Below, in pieces: positions 1-6,533 of a DNA stretch of 12,452 nt. A program made the translations under genes and the position numbers. Location: the UHGV virus genome UHGV-2080389. One strand, written 5' to 3'. The notes below the pieces were generated by a model. That model searched no databases, was not told where the DNA came from, and worked only from the letters and a program-made list of their open reading frames with translations. The stretch comes from a virus. The first letter of the stretch is position 1, and every line of letters starts with the position of its first letter.

Positions 1-392
1 CCCCTCTACCCGATACGCATCTACGTCGGGAAACAACCTGGTATTATCCACTGGAAGCTATTCGCGAAACTGTTGTAAATGCACTGGCTCATCGTGACTG
101 GACACGCTTTGTTGAGATAGAGATTGGCTTGTATAGCAATCGATTTGAAGTTATTAGCCCAGGGGCGCTGAATAATTCGATGTCGATTGAAAAGATGGTT
201 ACAGGTCAGCGATCACCACGCAATACGATTATTATGGAAGTCTTACGTGATTATGGTTACGTTGATTTCAGGGGGATGGGAGTCAGGACAAAGATTATTC
301 CACTAACACAGGCCATGAGTGGCCAACTCCCTGAGTTTACTGCAACAGATGATTACTTGAAAACAATACTTTATCGCTCACCATCTTCTTGA
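1..392 (+). CDS. Putative transcriptional regulator, C-terminal part only (5' end lies outside the window)
   Basis: Frame 3 is open from the window edge to the stop at 390-392. Translation PLPDTHLRRETTWYYPLEAIRETVVNALAHRDWTRF... carries the ALAHRDW-type motif I associate with the HATPase_c_4 C-terminal domain of AlbA_2-type regulators. The tracked ORF 129..392 is only its internal-Met tail. Confidence 0.55.
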   Translation, partial: PLPDTHLRRETTWYYPLEAIRETVVNALAHRDWTRFVEIEIGLYSNRFEVISPGALNNSMSIEKMVTGQRSPRNTIIMEVLRDYGYVDFRGMGVRTKIIPLTQAMSGQLPEFTATDDYLKTILYRSPSS

Positions 393-404
393 TATATAAG
401 GTCT

Positions 405-429
405 GGCCTTTCCATCCATAAGAAAGGCC
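405..429. terminator. Stem-loop between convergent genes (8-bp stem GGCCTTTC/GAAAGGCC, 9-nt loop); possible terminator
   Basis: Inverted repeat read directly from the sequence, lying between the stop at 392 (+) and the stop at 448 (-). Neither strand has a clean U-run after it. Confidence 0.3.
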
Positions 430-447
430 ATTGCTGTAAAAAATAAA

Positions 448-1068
448 TTACCCGCGACTGCAGCCGAAGCTACGGTCGCCATCTCCATATGCTTTTGTAT
501 CGAGTTTAGCTAGGTAGTCGAGACGATTCAGTAATTTATTGTATTCTCCTTCAAAGTTAAAATCATTGACGTCTAAAATATAACGACAATTTTCAGGGTA
601 GTGAACCAATCCCGGATAATCATCCAGTTCCAATCCCAGTGCGCTATACCATGCTCTTACAATCATCATCCTTAAATTTCTTTCAGCCTCATAATCACCT
701 AAATGGTAATAAGCATCTTTATTAAAAAAAAGACCAAGGTGAAAGTGACATTTTCCTTCTTCGGAAAACTCCCGTGCCCAAACATGACGAACACGGTTTG
801 GATATATTCTTTTGCCGTTAGCTGCTCTGGTTCTCTCATTGGCCTCCAACATGGCATTTAATGCATTACGGAAACGGGATATGGCACCAGGCTCTAGATT
901 AGGAAAACAGCAAACAGTGTCACCTCTGTCTAAAATGGGTGGATAATGAACATCAACACGTAACGCCATTGTTCTGGGGAATTCACTGATAGCATCATTG
1001 ACGACTCGTTCAATATGTTTTTTATAGGCGAGCACATGCTCACCATGGGAACCATGATATAATTCCAT
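448..1068 (-). CDS. YagK/YfjJ-family protein (inovirus Gp2-like domain), typical cargo of CP4-type islands
   Basis: 206-aa ORF with ATG at 1066-1068 and AGGA about 8 nt upstream. The protein resembles the YagK/YfjJ family of the E. coli K-12 CP4-6 and CP4-57 elements (recalled, not searched). Confidence 0.7.
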   Translation of the reverse strand: MELYHGSHGEHVLAYKKHIERVVNDAISEFPRTMALRVDVHYPPILDRGDTVCCFPNLEPGAISRFRNALNAMLEANERTRAANGKRIYPNRVRHVWAREFSEEGKCHFHLGLFFNKDAYYHLGDYEAERNLRMMIVRAWYSALGLELDDYPGLVHYPENCRYILDVNDFNFEGEYNKLLNRLDYLAKLDTKAYGDGDRSFGCSRG

Positions 1069-1270
1069 GTTTCGATCCTGTCGTTAGCCCTACGGCTTTG
1101 GATAGCCGTATATAGTAATATGATCAGACATAGCTGAATGTCTGTGGTTAGTTATATTAATTAACTATTAATAGTAATGACTGTTATATAATACCTTTCC
1201 AACAATAAAACTTGTTATCAACCCATTACCCATGCAGTAAAATACTTAAAAAGCAACTCTGCAATTATAA

Positions 1271-1447
1271 TCACCCAAAGATGCCATTATCCCAGTGTCT
1301 TTTTACCGTGGAAATACTTATTCCTAAGATCTTTGCCACCTTGGATTGAGAGTAATGCTTAGCCTTCTCACTCTGAATTAAATGGGAATATTTACTTCCT
1401 TCAGGCCTTCCTAGAATTTTCTTTGATTTTGCTTTGTTAGTAGGCAT
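1271..1447 (-). CDS. Small helix-turn-helix protein (58 aa); below the ORF-track size cut-off
   Basis: Hand-translated: ATG at 1445-1447 preceded by GAGGG about 6 nt upstream, TGA at 1271-1273. Product MPTNKAKSKKILGRPEGSKYSHLIQSEKAKHYSQSKVAKILGISISTVKRHWDNGIFG contains an HTH-like segment (SQSKVAKILGISISTVKRHW). Same orientation as flanking genes. Confidence 0.4.
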   Translation of the reverse strand: MPTNKAKSKKILGRPEGSKYSHLIQSEKAKHYSQSKVAKILGISISTVKRHWDNGIFG

Positions 1448-1529
1448 CTTTTACCCTCATCAAGCTATTAGGTACTAACTCCATACTGTCGAGATGTATG
1501 CAACTAAGTGGTTATGCTTAACATTGGTA

Positions 1530-2294
1530 TCAGAAAGTATGGCTTACTTCACCGTTAAAGGGGTTAATAATGATGGCATCTCCTCCTTTCATCGCCTTTT
1601 GAGGTGTATCGCCTTCGGCAATCACAGGGACCATTACCGCTAGATCATTTGTGTAATAAATTGGTATCCAGCAATAGCATGATTGTTTAGGGGGAGTTTT
1701 ATTTCTTTTCAATACTGCTTCAACTCCAAATGTAATAAGTTCAAAGATTGGCATAATCACAATGCTGCTCAAATCAAAAAAACAACCATCGTAGACTGTT
1801 TCCTTTATCAGTATGATATTAGATAACCCTCCTGCAATGAGATGTTTGTGGTTCACGCGCCGATCTGTGTAAATAAAAATTGCTTTTTTTACATTGAAAC
1901 TTTTTATAATGTATGAGAGCTTTTCATGAATTAATTTTTTTTCGCTCTTACCCATCTTATCATGAGGTATTTTGTGCGCATAAAAATCTTGATCGACAAC
2001 CTCGTTCCGGTGTCGAATGTGAGTGTTCCAGACGGAATGAAAAAACTCTTCGTAAGTTAATTTTGGCTCCCCCCGTGCTATTGACGGGACCTTCTCTTCA
2101 AAAATACAGCCTAATGTTGACTCCAAAGTTTGAGCTATATGATATTGCGATGTTATTTTATTCAATGCTGGGACTGTGGCGTTTAATAAAAATGATATCA
2201 CCTCTGACCTGGAGTATCCTTTTGCATTGCTATAGTCGTCAATTGCATCAATAGTAGAACTATTGTTTACGCTGAAAGTGATGCGTTTTTTCAT
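1530..2294 (-). CDS. Hypothetical protein with an N-terminal ribbon-helix-helix-like segment and a ~200-aa C-terminal region of unknown function; AT-rich
   Basis: 254-aa ORF with ATG at 2292-2294. N-terminus RITFSVNNSSTIDAIDDYSNAKGYSRSEVISFLLN has the beta-strand/helix pattern of RHH (CopG/Arc-type) domains. I recognise no family for the rest. Base composition is visibly more AT-rich than the surrounding genes. Confidence 0.6.
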   Translation of the reverse strand: MKKRITFSVNNSSTIDAIDDYSNAKGYSRSEVISFLLNATVPALNKITSQYHIAQTLESTLGCIFEEKVPSIARGEPKLTYEEFFHSVWNTHIRHRNEVVDQDFYAHKIPHDKMGKSEKKLIHEKLSYIIKSFNVKKAIFIYTDRRVNHKHLIAGGLSNIILIKETVYDGCFFDLSSIVIMPIFELITFGVEAVLKRNKTPPKQSCYCWIPIYYTNDLAVMVPVIAEGDTPQKAMKGGDAIIINPFNGEVSHTF

Positions 2295-2379
2295 ATGTGA
2301 CCTTGAATTTTGTTAATGTGAGATGTGATAAATAGTATTAATCTCCCCCCATTGTTAATGGAAGGTTTGTATTAACTAA

Positions 2380-2405
2380 CCCGGCTATTCTTTAGAATAG
2401 CCGGG
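2380..2405. repeat. Perfect 11-bp inverted repeat (CCCGGCTATTC-TTTA-GAATAGCCGGG)
   Basis: Read directly from the sequence. It sits 12 nt downstream (minus strand) of the AlpA-like stop and upstream of the 254-aa gene start; an adjacent GGAGGCCTC is also palindromic. Confidence 0.5.
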
Positions 2406-2416
2406 GGAGGCCTCTA

Positions 2417-2638
2417 TTAGTTACTATATACTGAGAAGGTTAATAGGTATCTATCAATGTCTTTACGTGACCAATAGTGTCGGTTTTTAATTTTCTTCGG
2501 TCGCGGTAAACCATTAGGCAGTTTGTCTTTGCAAAGCCAAGCTCGAATAGTTTGTACTTCATAGCCAATAATATTAGCTAACTCGCGGGTAGAAATTAGT
2601 TGTGACTGAGAGGGTTTTTGATGTTTGATATCGCTCAT
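2417..2638 (-). CDS. AlpA-family phage/island transcriptional regulator (excisionase-like HTH)
   Basis: 73-aa ORF with ATG at 2636-2638 and a GGGGTG RBS. The motif STRELANIIGYEVQTIRAWLCKDKLPNGLPRPKKIKNRHYWSRKDIDRYL matches the AlpA/Xis-like pattern (HTH followed by a basic wing and conserved W). Lies next to a P4-type integrase. Confidence 0.7.
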   Translation of the reverse strand: MSDIKHQKPSQSQLISTRELANIIGYEVQTIRAWLCKDKLPNGLPRPKKIKNRHYWSRKDIDRYLLTFSVYSN

Positions 2639-3138
2639 TTCATCACCCCAACATTTGATATGTGGGCAAATAAGACGATCATTGTTTTTAACAGAGATGA
2701 AAGAATGAAATGAAAAGGGGTGAATATGGGGTCTCTATCGGGATCGGGGTCGCTACTACTACCATCCGATGAAGATGATGATGAGTTTTTTGATGACGTT
2801 GTTGAACTTCGGCGTGAGCGGGAAGTATTCCCCTTTGGTGGAAAAAGGCATGTTATAGTATTGACTACATTCCTAATAGCAACTAAAAGTTTTGAAACAC
2901 GGTGCCAAAGAGGTAGTATTCGGTCAGTACTACTATTATTAAAACGCTGAATTGTTGTTTCCCAAAAATTAGAACTTTTGTTTTTAGTCGGATGTAAACC
3001 CCATCTCGCTCTGATTTCCGCACTTCGGTCTTCTCTTGATACAGTTATTGGGTTAGTCACTGTAGTTAATCTCCTGCTTAGTGAGTGAATGTAGTTAGCA
3101 GTAATAAAAGATAACTGAAAAAAAATTTCTGTCAACAC
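2635..3138 (-). CDS. Questionable ORF: Ser-rich, low-complexity product; starts with GTG in an AT-rich stretch
   Basis: Open frame whose TGA overlaps the AlpA-like ATG (ATGA). It contains no internal ATG until the last few codons and its product is low complexity (SSTTSSKNSSSSSSDGSSSDPDPD). It overlaps the plus-strand ORF 2726-2950; at most one of the two is real. Confidence 0.2.
   Translation of the reverse strand: MLTEIFFQLSFITANYIHSLSRRLTTVTNPITVSREDRSAEIRARWGLHPTKNKSSNFWETTIQRFNNSSTDRILPLWHRVSKLLVAIRNVVNTITCLFPPKGNTSRSRRSSTTSSKNSSSSSSDGSSSDPDPDRDPIFTPFHFILSSLLKTMIVLFAHISNVGVMK
2726..2950 (+). CDS. Questionable small ORF (74 aa) with an acidic stretch, divergent from the AlpA-like gene
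   Basis: ATG at 2726 preceded by AAGGGG at 2715-2720 (5-nt spacer). Product has GS-rich and acidic segments (SDEDDDEFFDDVVEL) and uses several codons rare in E. coli. The divergent arrangement mirrors yfjH/alpA in CP4-57, which is only weak support. Confidence 0.25.
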   Translation: MGSLSGSGSLLLPSDEDDDEFFDDVVELRREREVFPFGGKRHVIVLTTFLIATKSFETRCQRGSIRSVLLLLKR

Positions 3139-3174
3139 ATGTGATTTTATGTAAGTTGTTGATATTTGATAAAA

Positions 3175-4494
3175 TCAACGCTTATCAACGTTGTTTTTTA
3201 TTTTTGCTTCTTCTAAGATCCATAATTCAACTTTTTCATGCCATTTTCTTAGCAAATCTAATGGACGGCGGCGATAGTGCTTTTCAGCAAGAGCGCTAGG
3301 CTTATGGCCCATAATCTGCGCAACAATACCTGTTGGTACTTCGACCCATTCAGCGAGGGTCCCAAAACTACGGCGCAATCCGTGCAAGCTGATATGTGGT
3401 AACTCCGCGCGAGTTAATGCTCTATTATGTGCTGAACGCGGTTCAATAATTTTGCCACTTTTGCTGTTACTTCTGAAAACCCAATTCTCCTCGTTTGTAC
3501 CACGATTGGGGATCTCCATCAGTGAGCGTAACAAGTCAGAAACATAGGGAGTGAGGGGGATAATTCGCTCGCCTTCGATCTTGTCTTTAATTCTCATGCT
3601 TGACCATTTGAAATCTATGTCAGACCAGCGAAGTGAGGAAATTTCTTCACGCCGTGCACCGGTGAGCAAAAGCACTTGGAGATAGGCTGATGCAATGGGA
3701 TTATTGAGGCTACGCACGGCACTGAACCAGCTTTTGAGCTGTTCTTTTTGTAAGCAATCTCCCGCTTTGCTCGCTGATATTGGAACCATTTTTCTCACGT
3801 TATGATCTTGTGCAAGATCGCCATCGATTATTCCCTGATATTTTTTCTGGTAATTAGCCCATTTGATGAATGCACGCAACAGACGGTAGGCATGAGCAGT
3901 GACGGTAGGCCGATTTTGTCTCTCTGTACTTAGCCATTCGGCAATGTTCTCTGGTGTTAGTTCTGATAATGGTCGGTCGAGCAGGCTAGCCAGTGGCCCA
4001 GGTGAGGTTGGGCCCCGGCCTCTTTTTTTACTTTCGCCTCCACGACTGGACAAGTTAACGTGATCGGCAATGTAGCGTGCAGAGTAGGGGCGTTTAGTTT
4101 TTGCGCTGATTCCGGTTCTCAATTCATCAAGATAATCTTCCCAAGCGCTTGAAAAGGTTGCCTTCGTTTTACGAGATTCAGCCTGCTGTGATTCCGCTTC
4201 AGCAATTTTTTCCGCCTTAGCTATACGCGGATCTATCCCAGTATCGATTAATGTTTGCAGTCGCCTGGCTTCGGCCCTCGCATCATCAATCCTCCAATCG
4301 TTAATGTTGCCAATGGTCATGCGAAGGGTTTTTCCCGCATACAGGCTTTGGAATACAAAGGCTTTTGCTCCACGAGTTGCTCGACATGCCAAGCTTGTTA
4401 CGTCCGTATCCCAAAGGAAAACTTGGTTTTTCCCTTCAGGTAAAGTAAATCTTCGAATTCGTTCGAAGGTTAGTTTTTGTCTTGAAAGCGCCAT
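3175..4494 (-). CDS. int: P4-family (CP4-type) tyrosine integrase
   Basis: 439-aa ORF with ATG at 4492-4494. N-terminal arm-binding-like region (GKTLRMTIGNINDWRIDDARAEARRLQTLIDTGIDP) and C-terminal catalytic signatures (HGLRRSFGT ... EKHYRR, with the Tyr nucleophile context). The start is adjacent to the tRNA-derived att core. Confidence 0.9.
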   Translation of the reverse strand: MALSRQKLTFERIRRFTLPEGKNQVFLWDTDVTSLACRATRGAKAFVFQSLYAGKTLRMTIGNINDWRIDDARAEARRLQTLIDTGIDPRIAKAEKIAEAESQQAESRKTKATFSSAWEDYLDELRTGISAKTKRPYSARYIADHVNLSSRGGESKKRGRGPTSPGPLASLLDRPLSELTPENIAEWLSTERQNRPTVTAHAYRLLRAFIKWANYQKKYQGIIDGDLAQDHNVRKMVPISASKAGDCLQKEQLKSWFSAVRSLNNPIASAYLQVLLLTGARREEISSLRWSDIDFKWSSMRIKDKIEGERIIPLTPYVSDLLRSLMEIPNRGTNEENWVFRSNSKSGKIIEPRSAHNRALTRAELPHISLHGLRRSFGTLAEWVEVPTGIVAQIMGHKPSALAEKHYRRRPLDLLRKWHEKVELWILEEAKIKNNVDKR

Positions 4495-4566
4495 TTTTAG
4501 GGTTCCTGTTGGGGATTACGGTTTACAGTAATGTAACGGCTGGTGTAAGTAAATTGAAAGGATAAA

Positions 4567-4592
4567 CATCAACACTCATCAATTTACATCAA
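4567..4592. repeat. Three CATCAA direct repeats at exact 10-bp spacing (4567, 4577, 4587), the outer two extended to ACATCAACA
   Basis: Read directly from the sequence, between the integrase start (4494) and the att core (4678), followed by an AT-rich tract. Confidence 0.5.
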
Positions 4593-4677
4593 CAGGTTTT
4601 TTGTTTTAATATTATGATTTAAAATGATAAATTTGTGATTTCTGATGGTTGTTCAAGCAGTTAAAATATAAAAACTT

Positions 4678-4726
4678 CGCATTCGTAATGCGAAGGTCGT
4701 AGGTTCGACTCCTATTATCGGCACCA
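4678..4726 (+). other. 3' segment of tRNA-Thr(CGU) (anticodon arm through CCA) without the 5' half: att core / displaced partial tRNA copy
   Basis: CGCATTCGTAATGCGAAGGTCGTAGGTTCGACTCCTATTATCGGCACCA contains an anticodon loop with CGT, a T-arm GGTTCGACTCC, an acceptor 3' strand TATCGGC and CCA. No matching 5' acceptor strand (GCCGATA) or D-arm lies upstream. It resembles the thrW 3' end, the attachment site used by P22-type integrases and by CP4-6 (recalled). Confidence 0.75.
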
Positions 4727-4740
4727 TTTAAATCAATAAG

Positions 4741-5064
4741 TTACCTAGCATTTAAGTAAACCACGTTCTCCTCTTGTGCCGTATTTGTGCCATTGCGACT
4801 TATAATCGCATCGATTTTGCTTGCGTGCTCGGTGAGATGCCCGGCTGAAAGGTGGGCGTATCTTTGAACCATTTCGAGAGTTTCCCATCCTCCCATCTCT
4901 TTAAGTGCAAGAAGAGAGACACCGGACTGAACCAGCCAGCTTGCCCAGGTATGCCTCAGATCATGGAAGCGGAAGTTGCTAATGCCTGCCCGCTTTAACG
5001 CTCCCTTCAGAAATCCATCCATCTCAATTAGTGACATTTGTTTCATTTCTTCCCACTCCGCCAC
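4741..5064 (-). pseudogene. int: C-terminal remnant of a P22-type tyrosine integrase
   Basis: Product [42 protein letters not shown] matches the conserved C-terminal catalytic region of P22-like Int. The tracked 'M' start is a GTG. The frame is closed by a stop roughly 16 codons upstream, and there is no room for the ~280 missing N-terminal codons before the next genes. Confidence 0.7.
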
Positions 5065-5225
5065 ATCGCATTCAGATATTTGTTTTGATTTACTGATGGA
5101 AAAGAATTTCTCTTAAGCAATTCCTCTCTCGATGGCATTGGCTTTACGCGTTGGCGAATAATCATTTCTGCCGGAAGAATGCCGGGATTGTATGCAAGTC
5201 CTCTCATGGTAAATTCCTCAGTCAT
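5043..5225 (-). CDS. Small hypothetical protein (about 60 aa), translationally coupled to the upstream gene
   Basis: ATG at 5223-5225 lies inside the upstream gene's last codons (AATGACTGA overlap). Product [42 protein letters not shown]... The tracked ORF 5043..5357 extends it with a less protein-like N-terminal stretch that is probably not translated. Confidence 0.35.
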   Translation of the reverse strand: MTEEFTMRGLAYNPGILPAEMIIRQRVKPMPSREELLKRNSFPSVNQNKYLNAMWRSGKK

Positions 5226-5511
5226 TACTGATAGCGCCATAGCGTGAGCGGTAATTACGCAGGCGCGGGTCAATTTCAGGGAAGTGGGTATATGTGGCTT
5301 TGCGGAATGGTCGGATTGATGTCTGGTAAATTCGCTCGCGTTCTTCTTTCTCTGCAAGCCATATACAATGGCGAAATTCCTTTTCCTCTTTCGTTTCCTG
5401 CGGTAGAGACATTATTCGATCGTAGTTTTTTCTGAATTTATCCAGCACCTCCGATACGGAATTGCCGGAACAGCGGCGCGCGTCGTCCGCACCATACAGA
5501 GGCGCTGGCAT
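5218..5511 (-). CDS. Hypothetical early-operon protein (97 aa)
   Basis: ATG at 5509-5511 preceded by AAGGA (7-8 nt spacer), 23 nt downstream of the ssb-like stop. I recognise no family. Confidence 0.5.
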   Translation of the reverse strand: MPAPLYGADDARRCSGNSVSEVLDKFRKNYDRIMSLPQETKEEKEFRHCIWLAEKEERERIYQTSIRPFRKATYTHFPEIDPRLRNYRSRYGAISND

Positions 5512-5534
5512 AATGGAATCCTTATGTTGCTACT

Positions 5535-5918
5535 TTAGAAGGGAATTGAATCGTCGTATTCAGGATGATTTTGATGATTGCTACTTTGCTGCTGTTGGCT
5601 GTTTCCTGAGGTTGCAAATCCAATCTTTGCATTCAGTAATTCAAGAGTGATTGATTGACCATTTTGCCCCTGATAAACATCAACCCTGATGTTTTCTCCG
5701 GTAATTTCTACAATGCCACCTTCAACAAGAACACTACGGTAGTAATCCGCTTGCGCTCCCGGCTTGGCAAATACAACGGCGCTGTAGTTTGTCCATTCTT
5801 TCTTTTTTGTCTGGCGATCGTAATACTGAACGCCAGCACGGATGTTGAATCCGATATTTTCCCCGGCCTGAAACTCTCTTGCGGGCTTGTTTAGTCTTAC
5901 AGTAATCGAATGTGCCAT
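5535..5918 (-). CDS. ssb: Phage single-stranded DNA-binding (SSB-like) protein
   Basis: 127 aa from the ATG at 5916-5918 (AAGGAG upstream). OB-fold-like core with a Gln/Ser-rich linker and an acidic tail ending DDSIPF, like the SSB C-terminal DDDIPF tip. The tracked 157-aa ORF over-extends the N-terminus into the erf 3' end. Confidence 0.75.
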   Translation of the reverse strand: MAHSITVRLNKPAREFQAGENIGFNIRAGVQYYDRQTKKKEWTNYSAVVFAKPGAQADYYRSVLVEGGIVEITGENIRVDVYQGQNGQSITLELLNAKIGFATSGNSQQQQSSNHQNHPEYDDSIPF

Positions 5919-6523
5919 TAAGCAGCCGCTCCTTCTAATTCGTCTCGTCTGATGTTGTAAACGTCCTGCGCTTTGTGCTGCTCCGGTGTGCCTTCGAGCA
6001 TCTTCCACGCTTTGGCGAACGCCTGTTTAAGCTCTTCTACGGTGTTTTTCTGCATTGCTGCGTCAGTGAATGCTTTTAGAACCTGTTCAGGTGTAGGTGA
6101 TGGTTTTGATTGCTTTGCTGCTGCGTTCTGCTGATGTTTATGCTCGTCGGTATCTGCATCTTTCGCATCATCAATGCCGAACAAACCATTGAGGCAATAC
6201 TTGCGTGCATAAGAGCTTGTAGCTCCCGTAACTTGTGCAGAATCCATTCCTTTCTTGCTTTCTTCCTCTCGTGCAAGAGCGGTTGCCGTATGACTGTTTT
6301 CGCCATCGGTAATAGTTGCCGTGGCTTTCACGTAATACCGATCACCAATCAACACAACTTCATCGCTGATTGATAAAAACAGGCCATTCAGTAACGGCTT
6401 AACGCCTTCAAGAATGTCTTCGCAGCTTCTGTATTTATATTTGCCGAATGAGTTGTACTGATTCTTTGGTGCGTTCAGATTCTCCTGAATAGCTGCCAGT
6501 CTTGCGTAAAATTCTTTGCTCAT
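5918..6523 (-). CDS. erf: Erf (essential recombination function) single-strand annealing protein, P22-type
   Basis: From MSKEFYARLAAIQENLNAPKNQYNSFGKYKYRSCEDILEGVKPLL..., closely matching my recollection of P22 Erf. ATG at 6521-6523. Its TAA overlaps the ssb ATG by one base (TAATG at 5916-5920). Confidence 0.9.
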   Translation of the reverse strand: MSKEFYARLAAIQENLNAPKNQYNSFGKYKYRSCEDILEGVKPLLNGLFLSISDEVVLIGDRYYVKATATITDGENSHTATALAREEESKKGMDSAQVTGATSSYARKYCLNGLFGIDDAKDADTDEHKHQQNAAAKQSKPSPTPEQVLKAFTDAAMQKNTVEELKQAFAKAWKMLEGTPEQHKAQDVYNIRRDELEGAAA

Positions 6524-6533
6524 ATGATTGTTC

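Larger units (their letters stand above)
1..4726. mobile_element. Integrase-proximal end of a CP4-type integrative island (partial; extends left of the window)
   Basis: P4-family integrase, AlpA-like regulator, YagK/YfjJ-like gene and AT-rich cargo, all co-oriented and ending at the tRNA-Thr att core. Confidence 0.65.

Noticed and set aside
1913-2254. Plus-strand ORF (113 aa) inside the 254-aa minus-strand gene
   Set aside because: Entirely antisense to a longer ORF with a clear RBS. The product is hydrophobic and low complexity, typical of an AT-rich antisense frame.
4255-4531. Two plus-strand ORFs (62 and 75 aa) overlapping the integrase 5' region
   Set aside because: Antisense to a well-supported integrase gene, with no RBS or recognisable protein features.
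4678-4726. Calling the tRNA-Thr segment a functional tRNA gene
   Set aside because: Upstream sequence (aaaacttcg...) cannot form the 5' acceptor strand complementary to TATCGGC or a D-arm, so this is an att-core copy.
5244-5894. Plus-strand ORFs 5244..5435, 5462..5650 and 5655..5894
   Set aside because: All antisense to the minus-strand early operon (ssb-like and small genes). Their products have no domain features.
5535-6008. The 30-codon N-terminal extension of the tracked ssb ORF (start at 6008)
   Set aside because: The extension overlaps the erf 3' end in another frame and begins with a non-ATG codon. The ATG at 5916-5918 has an AAGGAG RBS and forms the TAATG junction with erf.
6076-6373. 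ORFs 6076..6306 (-) and 6110..6373 (+) inside erf
   Set aside because: Alternative-frame and antisense ORFs within a gene closely matching P22 Erf.
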